DNA from: Dicyema japonicum
Taxonomy: Eukaryota; Animalia; Dicyemida
DNA length: 64,000 nucleotides
Assembly (NCBI GenBank): GCA_011109175.1
Contig: RDEW01000065.1
Location: forward strand, 81,984 to 145,983
Direction: 5' to 3'
Shown: positions 12,631 through 25,439 of the stretch, piece after piece
How the letters are laid out: every line of letters begins with the position of its first letter
Numbering within the stretch: position 1 is the stretch's first letter
The notes under the pieces: generated by a model
Database searches by the model: none
Told to the model about the DNA's origin: nothing
Seen by the model: the letters and a program-made list of their open reading frames with translations, nothing else
Position numbers and translations under genes: made by a program

Positions 12631-15439
12631 AAAGGTATAGACTGTAGGCTAGGGAGAGGAACTTCAGGGCTCTCAATTCCAGATGGTCTCTAATTGGATG
12701 GATCTTTGACTCCCAATGTAGATGATCGACAGGAGTTGATCTGAGATATCCAGTAATAATTCTGAGCACGATGTTTTGCACTTTTTGTAGTTTGTAAATA
12801 GAAGTAAGAGAGGTAGAGGTTGACCAGCAAGGGCTTGCATAATTAATAGTTGTTCGAATGAATTGTTTATGATGGTTAAATCTTCTTTGCTTTGGCCAAA
12901 GGAATAGCCTGACACAGCTTTAAGTATGTTGATATTGTGGCCTTTGTACATTGTTCCTCCACATGTTTAGAGAAAGTTAGTAGTTGGTCATAAATAACTC
13001 CAAGTATTTTGGGATGTTTCGTAACGGTGAGTGGTTGTCCATGAATTGTTAAAATTGGTTGAAAATTTAGTTGGCGTCGGTTGGACCTAAATACAATGAC
13101 GGTGGATTTCGATGGAGAGGGGGATAGGTGGTTTGCTCCAAGCCACTCTTCAAGAGTGTTCAAGTGGATCTGAACATTTTTCGTTACTTCGTTAACGTCT
13201 ATGTCTTTAGAGGCAACAATCATGTCATCCGCATACAATAGAAGTGTTTGGAATTGATTGGAATGTCGATAGGTGTAAGTTGAATAAGGTGGGTTATAAA
13301 ACGGAGCCTTGGGGAACTCCACTTGGAAGAAGTCTGTAGTGAGATAGACATGACATAATTTCAGATCGACCAATTCTTCCAGAGAGGAAATTTGTTAACC
13401 AATTCTGTAGACGTGAGGAATTCCAGATACAAGAATTTTGTTACTTAGCACGCGCCTTGATGTTTGATCGAACACCTTGGGTAGGTCAATCGATGCGAGG
13501 ATAGTCCGTTTGGAAGGATTATACTTGTTAAAACCATTAGCGATATATTGAGTTATGGTAGAGAGATGTGTTAATGTTGAGTATTGTGGACGAAAGCCAT
13601 GTTGAAAATTAGGGAAAAGAAGATACTTCGATATTAGTTTCAGTACAACATGTTCAACAATTTTCGATACTACAGATGGTAGTGAAATTGGTCTGAAAGA
13701 TCCCGTATCCGAAGGATCTTTCTTGGGCTTTAGGATTGGGATTATTTTGGATTTTTTCATAGTGAGAAATTCTGCAGGTGTTGATGAACACAAAAATTAT
13801 GTCTGCTATTGCTTTGAGTCCTTGCGTTCCCAAATGCTTTAAGTGCAGATTCCATCAAGCCCTTTGGTACGAGAGTTTTTGGCGTTTTTGATGAGTTTTT
13901 CGACATCCGACGTACTGATTTCAATCCGTTTTCCTTGAGGAGTTTGAACGTTTTTCAGGTTGCATGGACTAGAGCATTTGTTCATATCTATGTGACTCAC
14001 TTTTGCGTAGTGTTTTACTATAATATTTGCCTGATGAGTGAAATCACATGGTGTTTGATTCTTGTCAATACTGGTGGCGTGGGTTGTCTCCATTCTATTT
14101 TGTTTCGACTGAATTCCACGTAAGTGTCCCAAAAATCCTTTAGTTTTGTTAGGTGGTTAATTTTTGTGATGAAATTGTTCCAATGGTCCAATTTCATCTT
14201 GTTGATTAATTCTATCAACCTTAATAGTTGCCCGTATAAATTCTTGATTTTCTGAGTCGACGTCTTGTATGAATCTTTTCGATAATTTCCTTAGTAAAAT
14301 TGGGATTATAGTCTGCAATGAGTCCTTTGGAATGTATTTCTTGTCGGCACTGAGGATGACCTCATTACAAAATTTCATTGCGGCTTCAAGCGATTTGAAA
14401 TTCTCAACGGAAAAGTCGGATAGAAATTTTTCTGTTTCTTCTCTGAATGAATCCCATTTTGCACGTTTGTAATTCGTTATAGTTTTCCAGTGCCTAACAA
14501 TAGGCGAGAGTAGTTCGATTGACAGTGAATTGGATTATGGTCCGAGTGTAGGTCATATACAATTCTCCAAGATGTCGCCGAAGATAGTGATGGAGAACAT
14601 AGTGTGAGAAGTGATGTATTAGAGTCTCCAGGTCTGGTATCTGTTCGAGTGTGTGATTTCCTGTCATTGAGGATAACTAATTGTTCTAGTTGAGAGAGGA
14701 CCTGAAACCCCCTCTCATTACTCTTTGGCCGATTAGCCAGAGAGGATCTTTTGCATTTAGGTCTCGCAGATTATCACATTTTCAATCTTTTGCAATTCGG
14801 TTAGTTTTGGAGTAATGTTTCATACTGGGACTTGGTGGCGGATGTAAATATTTACAAATATATACCTTGTGTGGTTTATTTTCACCAAGACGGAAGTATG
14901 TTCGATGTGATCGTCATCTTCAAACAGAGCTTGTGTTGAGCGGAAATAACGGAGAATAGAATAGATTTGTGTATGAGAACACCGCCTCCTCTGTTTGAAT
15001 TCGGTCGGTCATGGCGGACAATTGAGTAGTCTTTGTAGTGTGGAAGCGCTGACTTTCTTGATAGTTTCGTTTCTGTAGCATGGCAATATCAATTTTGTGG
15101 GAAGTTAGAAATGCAAAAAGTTCATTTGATTTGTGTGTGAGGCCGTTCATGTTGAATTGCATGATATTAAGGAATTTCCCGTTTTTATGGGGCCCGGGGT
15201 TTTGTCGATGTCCCCAGCTAGGATTAGGAGTAGCCAATCCGATCATTGGGATCTAAAGCTACGCGCCCGCTCAATAGCCGCCATCATCCAGTCCGACTTC
15301 CCAGAGGTCGTTGACAAGGTTGACAGGGGAATAATAGTGGTTCTTTTAGTTGCCAGTTTGATACAGGCATCCAATTTTCTCCACGTGAAGGTAAAACTAT
15401 ATTATCTTTAAATAATTAGATACGGGCAGTCTTTTGTGG

Positions 15440-16340
15440 GTTTTTATTATTAGCTCTTATCGCTATGTCATGGGACTTGACAAAGCATGTGCAACGCCAT
15501 GTGCTGCGTGGTTAATTGATTGAAGTCTCTGCTTGCTTGTCTGTTCCTCCTCTCTCTTCCCATTAGAGTGGCGTTATGTGATCCACCTGTCTAGGTGACG
15601 CCCAGTGCCAGGCCAGCACGAAAAAGGATCATTTGCTCTTCCCCACTCCACTGGAGGGTTTCCACAACTGCATGTAATGGACGTCTTACCTTCTATGCTG
15701 ATTCCGGATAGACTCTGTTTCTGTAGAAGTGGAAACTGGATGCAATTAATTAGTTGTTTACTTTAACTTCTTTCTCGGTGTATCCGGGATTAATAATAAA
15801 TAAATAAAGCATGTGCAACACGAGTTAGCAAATCACTGGTTAGTCTCATCCACTTCCTCCTATTCAAAGCCGCAGTGCGCAACCAGTCAAGATCCTCTCC
15901 ACTTCCAAGATGCCGTCCCATTTCTTTGAGGTCCTCGTCGAGAACGACTGCCAGTGTCGTTCTTGGGCAACCACGGTAACGGGGGACCTCCAACATTAAG
16001 TAATCATCCATGGCTACGTTCGCGGAGGCATCTAGGTCAAGTCGCAAAATATGGCCGAAAAGCCTCCATCGTGTGTCCAGAATTTCATTTGAAATTTCAG
16101 AGGTCCTCGTCCTATTATAGAGAGGATTAGACGACATCCTCGTATCACTTCTTTCGAACATCATATGCCGTAGTTGGTCTCTATGAAACACATTAAGCCC
16201 CTTCAGTTCATTTCTCCAGCGTTATACAGTAGTATGGGTTTCACTAGCGAGTTGTATAATCGAATTTTTGTTATAATGTCAAAACCCTTTTAGTACAATA
16301 TCTCCCAGACTGGATTGATATTTTCCCAGAGTTCCATCAG
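15440..16340 (-). mobile_element. Two RTE 3'-end remnants
   Basis: RWRLFGHILRLD..RGCPRTTL..AHAL*; GCACATGC 3' motif and (TAA)n tails near 15450 and 15795. Confidence 0.8.
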
Positions 16341-16760
16341 TAGAAGAAACGGATGATAACCATTTTTAAGAGATTATTTAACCTATACATTATCATATAA
16401 ATGATCAAGATATCCATTTTCTAGATATTCGATTATCTGACGCAACTCATCCATGTACAACTTGAAGCTTAAAACCATGTGCAGAAATAAATTAATTTTA
16501 TTTTATTTTTAAATATTAATAACGTTTTTTGTTAATTAAGAATAATAAATTATCATTAAAATGACTCTCTATTCATATTGACTGATTTTTTTGCTACTTT
16601 ATGTTTTTAAATATTAACGATTTTAACTAAAAATTACACCATTCAACTCAGAAATTTCTGAATTACCCAGATTTCTAATTTTTGTTTTGATTGGTTCTTG
16701 TGGAGTTCCACGTACGGACGGTGACAATTAATATAATAAAAACTTATAATATTTTTAATA

Positions 16761-17000
16761 TTGAATCATTCACCGACACGTGCTTGTGTGGGGTCGAGGG
16801 AGGAGCATCGAGCCAAGATGAGGTCTCTGCTAGAGCGTGTTGGGATCACGGAATTAGTTGGCTTGTGTAACCGTGGTCTCTGGTGTTTATTATTATATCT
16901 AAAAAGAATCATTAGTCAACAACCATCCAGACGAGTTTCCTTGGACACATCTTCAAATCCGAGCTTGCGAAGACTGGTGAGGGAAACCGGGATCACCTGA
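16761..17000 (+). mobile_element. L2-like 3' ends (..GIT* family)
   Basis: Ends in CCGGGATCACCTGA. The same GIT-stop terminus occurs at about 26745, 46806, 48738 and 48947. Confidence 0.6.
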
Positions 17001-17929
17001 TTTTTTTCCATTATGGCAATGACTGTTTCTTTTGGTTAAATAATCTATATCACTTTTTTAAGAGAATATATTCAAAAAATAAAGACCTATCGGATGAATA
17101 ATACCATTTCTGAGACGCCTGATAGAAAGGAGACATACAGGATGCGATCCCTCTTAAAGAATATCACGTTTAGGAGTCTTAACTTTACATGTGTTGGGAA
17201 ATCAAAAATTACGGTTTTTCCCCATTGAAGAGTTTGAATTGAAGGTAACAAAATTTTTTATTAATAATTTTATTTAATTTTGAATAAATAAAAAAAGCAA
17301 TCTATAAAGAAATAGGCTTTTCTTTGTTTAGAGTTCCGAGTCTCCTGGGTCAGCTACCTTATCTATTCTCATAAAAGAAGGAAGGCAAGGGTTTCTATAA
17401 AACAGGGGACCTCACCATCGTAACTTTCCGACCAATAAACACTTTGTAAACTGGTATTCATTATTGTCGATCAATATTAGATTCAAGTAGTTCATCGGTA
17501 ACTCTCCCAGGGGCTAATAAGATTCTTCTCCAACGAGTAGTTTGAAGGCCTCTTTATTTTTGTTCTCTTGCCGATACCAATTAATTATGAGTCATATGTC
17601 ACCAGTATTGTCGACTACTAAAATCACTCAGCTTTATCTATCCCTTGGAGTGTGATTCCGGAATATGCTACTTTCTATACGTTACATACAGATGGATCTC
17701 TGATCCGGTGGTAGATGTGAGACAAAATTACTGATTGAACATACAGTATTGTAATCAGAAGTCTCCTAAAAGTATGAAATTACATATTATTTCCATCTGG
17801 TGGATTGTGGGTGACTGCTATCAAATTGAGAGGATCGGTTGATCACACTGGGGTGAATCCTTGAAATATTTTCACGCTCATATTCTCATAGATCAGTATG
17901 ACCCCCAAACCAAAGTTTTACCAAAATAT

Positions 17930-19079
17930 TTAGAAAATAAAAAATAGTTCCTCAAATATTTCCTGTTCATAGTCGATCTCTTCAGAGACTTTGGTGGACT
18001 CACCTCCCTCAATCGTCAAAAATAGGTCGTTGGAGTAGTAGGTTTCACTTAAATTACTTAATAACAACGACTCAGTGGGACAACTCTGAATTTCTATCTT
18101 ATCCTCAGATCTGACACTGTTCGCGGTATTTCGATCTACATTAATGATAACTCAACCTGTAGCATCGACGGAAGAGTTCTGAAGAGGTTGAATTGAGAAA
18201 GTCGAAGAATTTCCATGATTTTTGTCCCATATTTCCACATTTTCCTCGACTTTCTAAGATGTGGTAAATTTTCAACTTTCTTCATCTCCGAATATTGGAG
18301 AAGTAATTTGAAGTAAGTTTCTTTCAACTTCGACGCTTCATCGTCGTTTTTGAGCCTTGATATGAAATCATCCACTGTGGTATTGTCACGTGGTTGGAGA
18401 CTTTGAGGTGAAACTGATTCACTTAAAAAAAATCTACTCTGAATTCAAAACTTACGATTTGACAGAACTCGTGGCTTGAGGTTCCCCCAAAATGTTGATA
18501 AATTCTTCATCCTCAGAATCGACGACGTCATCGGTCAGTTTCGGGGGACTGTTCGTTTCAAAACTCTCCCATTAAACAACAAAATACTAAAATTTCTTCA
18601 TTTTCGAGGAAAGTAGTTTGTAACAATTTGTCAGACTTTATTTGAGCTTTCTTGGTTTTGTTGAGCTTTTTTAATAAACCAAGGATCACTTTGCTGACGA
18701 TTTTCTCGAATTTTGTCGCTTTTTTGTTCAATTTTTTCAGCGTTTTCGAATAATCGTTCAGAAGTAATTTGCATTTGTTAATTTTTTGGGTTAATTTGAG
18801 GTTTTCTTTCGACAATATTTCATTTCTGTCTACTTCCTTTAGCAGCTTTTCATTTTCATTCCCCAATCTACGATTTACACAAGCAAGTGAGCCGCAAACA
18901 TCTGTTTTCTAGGATCTTATTGAGTTTAAGCTTAAGTTGATTAATGGGGACAGACATAACCAACACATTGTGGGGGATTGTAAGCTGTGGGCAAATCACC
19001 TGGTCATTTCCTGAATTAAATTTAATATTTTTTGCTTTTCATTTTCTTCTAAGTTTGTTAAAATATGTTTTTCCTTCAT
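17930..19079 (-). CDS. Coiled-coil protein, KIAA1328/hinderin-like, about 309 aa, 6 exons
   Basis: GT-AG introns at 18868-18999 (132 nt), 18566-18587 (22), 18434-18455 (22), 18254-18276 (23) and 18136-18156 (21) give an uninterrupted 930-nt CDS. N-terminus LEENEKQKILNLIQEMTR..INKCKLLLNDYSKTL and C-terminus EQEIFEELFFIF* resemble remembered hinderin motifs. Confidence 0.7.
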
Positions 19080-19379
19080 TACTGCCAAATTGTGTTGCTA
19101 AGAGACAATATTTATTAATAGTCTTAGGATAATTAACGATAATACAAAATAACCACTATTCACGTGTTATTGTCTTTTTCAAATTGCAGAAGCATTCCAA
19201 TGTAGTTCCTGAAGAAGAACACTTCACTAGAGTTTATACTAAAACACTTCCAAAAGATGGTGGGATCGTTGGGGAAGTTATTGGAGACTGGGGTCACTTA
19301 ATTGGTAGGCTAACAGCTTCTTTGTAATCTTAAAGCTTCTTAAAATATCAAAGAAAAGAAGCACAATCTATAAAGTGGT

Positions 19380-19620
19380 TCTCAAAATTTTGGAAACTAT
19401 TCTTTAATCTTCGAATTCTGCCAAAACTTGAGGTATTCTAAAAGTTAATTCCATGTATTATTTTTGAGGTCAATTGATTCATATCTTAATTCGGAATTAG
19501 AATTTAGCGAATTTTGAAAATGAAAAAGAAGTTCAGTTTGAGTGATGATAAGTGTGATTTATAGACTTCCAATTTCATACTCTGCAACTCTTTCAAATTC
19601 ATTTTTTTGGAACTAATAAT
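19380..19620 (-). mobile_element. hAT C-terminal remnant, paralogous to 32930-33300
   Basis: Clear nucleotide similarity to 33000-33200; FW...FP dimerisation-like residues. Confidence 0.5.
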
Positions 19621-20030
19621 ATAGGTCAAAAACACATATGAACACAATCGCAGGATTCCTTGCTTTCAAGTACAAGATGGACCTCATCCAAATAAGACTT
19701 AGCGTTAGCAAGGACTCTCAAATCCCAGATTGATAGTATCAGGAAAAAGTCGCTTCATTCTATACTTTATATGGATGAAATCGTAATTACTTCTCAAAGA
19801 TCATTGAAGCACACGGAAGTAGAAAATTGCATAAGATTTATTAATTGGAGAGCTCAAACTACATTATGGTGCTCCAGTCAAAGTTCTAACGTGGGAAGAT
19901 GTCGTTTCAAAGGATTATAAATGTCACTTGGGAGCCATCGTAACTGATGCATCAACTAGAAAATACATTCAATCCGTTGTTTTCAAAACGTTGGAAAGAA
20001 TGTTGGTGGAGTTTAAATATGGGGTTTGCA
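19620..20030 (+). mobile_element. R4/Dong-like RLE retrotransposon 3' remnant
   Basis: KTHMNTIAGFLAFKY, LHSILY and YIQSVVFKTLE are homologous to 61370-62135. Confidence 0.6.
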
Positions 20031-20099
20031 CTATCAAGGATAAGTATATCGAGTTTTATATGGGGTGGGCACTATGGCGAGTTTTCCACGCCCGATTAA

Positions 20100-20700
20100 T
20101 ATTAATATTAGTCTTCTTATTTATGTGGATGACGTAATCGTGGTGGACACATCTCTAAAATCTTCTATATCTGAATGAAGAATCCGGGAGTATGTTGACC
20201 AGATTGAGCAATGGTGCAACTTGAGAGGGTTAAAGCTCTCTGCTGAAAAATCATGCGCACTCCGAATAACCAATGTGAAAAAACACCTGAAACAAGAGTA
20301 CACACTGGGAGTAAACAATTCACACAGCCTGCCTTACCTGGGGATCTACTATGGACACACAGGAGATTACATGGAGGACATGAATGGAGGAGAAAGAGAG
20401 CTGTTCAGTAGCCCTTGTGTACACGAAAGTTACACGTTAGTCGTGACACCTACCTGTTCATCTTCAAGGGAGTTATCCTTCCTAGTCTACTTTATGGGTG
20501 CGAGGGGTGGTTCTTCTCTCCGAAGAGGGAGAAGATCTTATCCTTCCTAGAGAAGACTAGGAGAGCTATAATTAAGCTCCTTTTAAACAAGAAACTGAAA
20601 GACTGTCTAAGTGAGGACGAAAACAAGCTGTTAGAACTAATACCCTCCAGAAAACTCCTTAACTCTTTTGTTAATAGATCGTTATTGTTGTTGTTCAAGG
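20100..20700 (+). mobile_element. Decayed non-LTR RT C-terminal fragment
   Basis: YVDD-like motif, YLG, VILPSLLYGCEGW. The 3' segment at 20641-20685 is nearly identical to 38251-38295, where a (TTA)n tail follows. Confidence 0.55.
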
Positions 20701-22616
20701 AAGAGTAAGGAAGATTCGGTTACAGCAACCGATCACTAGTGGAGTTACCAAATCAGTTCGATGATGTTAAAAGCAACCCGAGTGAGGACGAAACGGATGG
20801 GTTTCAGGTCAACGACTCATCTTCTAAGGGGAGAAAAGTCTAGAATCGATTAGTAATTTTGATTTAATTGTGTTTCCGTAAAATCGATTTTTGAATTTTT
20901 ATTTAAATCTATTCGTTCGCAATCCACGCACCCGGCTTCCTCAACTAACATTTGTTTTTTTGTTAAAAAATTATTTTATTAAATCTATTTATATTTTCAT
21001 CAATACTTTCGTTGTTTCTATAAAATTTTTTTTAATTCCACCGCTCAAAAGTAAAAATTCCACCGCGATATCGTCCAGGTTGAGAACCTCTGATCTAAGG
21101 AATGGTTTATCCAGATATAGGTCTAAATGATGGGGGACTACTTTGAGTTACTGCAGGTCCTTGTTGTTTAACAATACATTATACAAGTTCTACTGATTAT
21201 GAGTTATAACAGTGTTACTAATGTTTCCCACGTGGTTAATTGGACGGAAGATTGAGATGGTGATGTACCCCTATTGCAGAAAAAGTCTACAAAACTTAAT
21301 AACCTCTCTTGGAGTTAACTGCTAACTGATCCTTATTGTATGACTCCTAAAATATCTCACCCTTTCAGTGGCATGCCCATAGCTCTTATTCACGTGTGAT
21401 GGAACCATTGCTGAAATTTTTTTAAGGATATAACGGATTTAAAATTTTTACAATACGAATACTATCAATGCCCACTAACTGCAACATTATGGTTCACGGC
21501 GACTATGTGTGATATGAGGTTGTCAGGTCTAAAGTTTTGTGCTAAAAGTATTGAAGACCACATCTTAGAAACCAGCGGACTCGTGAAGTTCCTTTATGAA
21601 AAGTTATAAGGAGACTTTTGCAAACAGCTGAGTAAGGAAAAAGTAAAATTACTTCTCACAAACGAATTGAGGATAATGCTGTGCGAAGTACGTGTTATTC
21701 CTTGTGATGACATGGGATTGCATCATCACTAAATACAAAAGGGGTACTTGAGACAGTTGTAAGTAGATAAAAATATCAATGCATACAACCAAATGTGCTC
21801 AAGAGAACCCTTGAGAGCGTGTCCCTTGCTACATGCCGTGCGAATCTTCTCAGCATACAGTCTATTCAATAATAGTAAAAAAATATATTTTCTAGGTGAA
21901 ACGAATACACGTGAGAGGGATCAGTTAATAGTACGGATAATTTTTTTGTGAATAAAAATCAAGAAATGAATTCTGGTTCATAGAAAAATGCAATCTAATC
22001 ATATTATTTTTCATATCTTGAAAACACGATGCAACAGTACATTGATCGACAAATTTTTTAGGCATGCGTTTGATAGGGTCATCCATGAGGAGATCTCGGC
22101 TAGGAAAAGGGGTACAAAGCGACGAAATTGTAGATCAATAGATCGAAATATCTGTCACCAACTCCTTTGGAAGTTTAAATAATATTAGTTATAACCCCCT
22201 TTCGATACTCTTATCTCAAGAAAGTCGACATGAAACAAATTACAGATTCGTCGATTCTGGACCGATGGGTTTCGCGGGTCAATCAGAATCAAATAATTGG
22301 ACAAAATATTCCACTTGATGTGCAAACAGGTGGAGGACTACAATGTAAGGTGCGAAAACATTTGGAGCAGAAATCACTTGATTTGACAAATTCCTTAGCA
22401 ATCATAAAAAATAATAATTCTCCCCAAAGTAGGCTTATCCATGTTCTTTCTAACATGGCTCTCTAATCTCTATCGGGGATCTCGAAACACTTAAATGTGA
22501 GCCAGAGAAAATAAAATTAATAACGAAAAGTGAAAAAGTAAGAGTCGTCTAATTTATGTTTAAAATGAGATGTCTATTTCCGGATGTAAACTGAGTTAAA
22601 TGCGAAAGTTTATTAA

Positions 22617-22943
22617 TCAAACCGAGTTGTTAGATAATTTGTATTTAATAGCAATTTCATTAGCTGCTTTTAAGATTTCCAGTTTTGTAAATGGTTCTTT
22701 TAAAAATCCTAAAGCTTTACATTCATTGGCGAGTAAATCAAATGCAGTCCTTATCTTTTTGACCCTTTCCCTGATTTAAGAGAATATATGAGACCTTTCC
22801 CGTTGGTTGTTCATTTGTCTCTTTATAATATCAGCTCTGTACTGTTCTTCGAGACTATTTTTGAAATACCAAGCCTACTTTTGTTGCTGTCCCTGATCCC
22901 AGTGGTAGAAAGCATGGCTGTACTGACTACCATACAATTGTGA
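22617..22943 (-). CDS. Class I bHLH E-protein (daughterless/TCF3-4-12-like), last three exons; upstream exons probably extend to about 23640
   Basis: Removing 24-nt introns 22855-22878 and 22771-22794 gives ..LEEQYRADIIKRQMNNQRERERVKKIRTAFDLLANECKALGFLKEPFTKLEILKAANEIAIKYKLSNNSV*. This matches the E-protein pattern RRxxNNxRERxRVxxIxxAFxxL..C..PxTKLxILxxA. Confidence 0.85.
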
Positions 22944-24018
22944 CTAATTTATAAAACACAACACCTCCCTCATTTGTTGACTGTGGGTTATTCAAGTACT
23001 CCTGGTAGTCATCGTTGTTGTTGTACTAAACATGTGATATTGAATTAACCATTTAGCTGAGAACTAGTATTCTGTGGTTGTTTAAATTTATATATTTGAG
23101 TGTATTAAGTAGAAATCAATCAGGTCTATATTACGAAATTGTCACATAAGTGTTAATTTTACATTTCTGGTTTTCCTTAATTATGAACAAATAACACCAC
23201 TAATTAACACCAAGCACTGGTTAATTGGTTGGACGGTCGAGGTGGTACCTCTACTTTACATAATATCTATTTAGCTGTTATCTTCCTTCTCTCAGGCATT
23301 GATGAGGTGGTGACTCAGGGAACATTGGAGGTCTAAATTATAAGAAAATGGCATAGGATCCGGTTTTTAATCTCTTTCATTTGATCTTTTGTCAGAAGTT
23401 GATGATAGTTAATATGACTTCTAATAGTTATAAGTAACTTAAATCTACGGGCATAAATCGCCAATAAACAGTGGACACTCACGTTGACCATTTCAAAACA
23501 TGTCGAAGCCATTGTCACTTCTGAGGGTCTCAACCTTTTAAAAAAACGTTTGAGTTTCCTTGTTTTTCGCAGCAAATTGTGAACTTTACGGAGTTGGAAC
23601 TTAGCATTTGAGGTTCTGGAACTTCATTAAAATTCATTATCTACTGTCTCCCATGTCTATTATTTACACCATGGATACAAAAAGAAGAAGACTACGAGAT
23701 GCATCAGTAATGAAAGGATTAGGATATTGAGTGGATTAGATAAAATTCACTTTAGAGCAGGTTCCCAATATGTGGGAGTCGTGAAATTTTGAAAATCAAA
23801 AACTTTCACATTCAAAAACGTCAGGGAACTCCCGACCCTTCCACGGCGATAAGAACAAACGGCACATCATTGGGGGGAGGGGTGGGGTAAGACAACATAC
23901 TTGCGAAAATTCAATGTTTCGGTCTCCACAGCAACTAGTAGGCATTGAGAGTAAGAGGTAGTTGGTCGAGCATTAATAAATATTCACTAACATGTAAACA
24001 GAAAATCATTAAAATAAG

Positions 24019-24389
24019 TTAGTACACGTGCACAATCCCATACATGAATGTCCACATCAATATATATGTCTGTAAAATAAGCACAAAATAGACCAGAATT
24101 CCCCCAAAAAAGCCGGATGTCAAAATTTCGGTTTTATGGGTGAAATACTTGCTAATATTTCCTACACCAATGGTTGCCGCGAGGTTGATCTATCAATATT
24201 AACATACAAAACCACAAAAAACAGAGAACCGAATAAGTAAAAGACTAAGCCTCGAATTCCTGTAAGACCGAGTCCCCCTGCCACCAAACCGGTTAGAATT
24301 GCAACCACAGTCCATAACTTTTCTATAATAGCTGAGTTTTGCTTAATTGAAGAATCGCTCTTGGCATCCTTGAGACTCACAAAATACAT
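24019..24389 (-). CDS. EMC6: ER membrane protein complex subunit 6, about 107 aa
   Basis: NSAIIEK..AILTGLVAGGLGLTGIRGLVFY, then introns 24190-24212 (23 nt; a 26-nt alternative is possible) and 24070-24093 (24 nt). The spliced end SKYF..GFFGGIL-TYILMWTFMYGIVHVY* is the EMC6 C-terminus. Confidence 0.93.
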
Positions 24390-25307
24390 GTTGGTTAAAT
24401 TAATTTTTTTAATTTTAAATAATATATAATTTAATTTTTGAATAAATGAATAATAAAAATTTTTAAAATCACACTTAATGGTGGAAGACAACATCGTCAC
24501 TGTCTAGAAAGACTCCACTCCATTTATACGAAATAGGCCTTCTAAACTAGTTTTTTGCTGTCTATTGTTCCGTCATCCTGGATAGACTTCACGAGCTGAT
24601 GTCTAAGAAATAGGTGTTTCAATGTACTGTTTGTTGCTAGGATTCGATGGTTTTAATCTTTCATGACCCTTAGAGAATTTTAGTAAAATTTTGGTAACGT
24701 TCGCCTTTATATACAATATGCATCTATCCAGTCATGTCCGTGGTGAAAAGTATGGTGATGTACTTTTCTGAACTAGTAGATAGTCTGTTGTCCATTGCCC
24801 CCACCGCATTGGTTTTGGAAATGATAAAAATTCAATTGATAAGGTGGAGTTGGCATCCCCTCAGATCAGAGCAATGGAAGACTACTATGTTTTTATAGAG
24901 GATTATTTTCGTGGATGGTCTAGGATAACTTTGCTTGTCGTCTTAAAAAAGGACTTGAAAATGAGTTCTCTTTGATCGTTCTACTTGATATGAAAATCTT
25001 CTGGCATCAGTCGGGGAAGATATTCCATATGTTTACATTCCAAGATTATTTTGATAATCATCATTCGATGGTGCTTGCTGAGAGAGTCGACGAGAGTCAC
25101 GCTTTTTCAATGCTGACCCTTCTTGGTATGTTAAAATGTACAATTTGTAGGGAATAAAAATTATGGGCTATCAGCGGTCTCATGTCCATTATTTATCTTG
25201 GAATATTTAAATATTTTCCTTTTTTGGTTGAAATAAAAAATATTTCGTTTGCCGAATTATGAAGAACAAATTTATTAAAGTCGTGAATACAGCCCCAATG
25301 ATGAATG

Positions 25308-25439
25308 TTCAGCAACAAAAACAGACATTAACAAATCAAGCTCCAGTTTCACAACGCCTGAGAATTGCCTTGTCCGTGACAATCTCCATTCTTTTAGAAA
25401 CTGGAACTTGATTTGTTAATGTCTGTTTTTGTTGCTGAA
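25308..25439. repeat. Inverted repeat: 43-bp arms (1 mismatch) around a 46-bp spacer
   Basis: TTCAGCAACAAAAACAGACATTAACAAATCAAGCTCCAGTTTC at 25308-25350 against its reverse complement at 25397-25439. Confidence 0.9.

Larger units (their letters stand above)
7462..12637 (-). mobile_element. Tc1/IS630-like DNA transposon with 47-bp perfect TIRs and TA TSD, carrying two nested retroelements
   Basis: TIR TACCTTTTCAGGTTCAAATTGGGAATAAACAAAATCAAATTGGGAAT at 7462-7508, inverted copy ending at 12637. TA at 7460-61 and 12638-39. Transposase pieces IVFMDETNF and PMLNPIEGVWAILKSKL at 7578-8514. Confidence 0.85.
7150..15400 (-). mobile_element. L2/Jockey-like element (5' part 12640-15400, 3' part about 7150-7459) interrupted by a Tc1-like element
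   Basis: APE (NIMQFNMNG..DIAMLQ) and RT (FRPISL, QHGFRP, YADDMIV). Removing 7462-12637 and one TA restores the reading FLSLAYSLEYPCHSL, followed later by RVNLARLQCGHHSY. Confidence 0.75.

Noticed and set aside
21300-21900. Possible Helitron/PIF1 helicase (PFSGMPI)
   Set aside because: Only one partial motif; no Walker A or other helicase motifs.
22760-23000. Possible Penelope GIY-YIG remnant
   Set aside because: Fully explained by the spliced bHLH exons.
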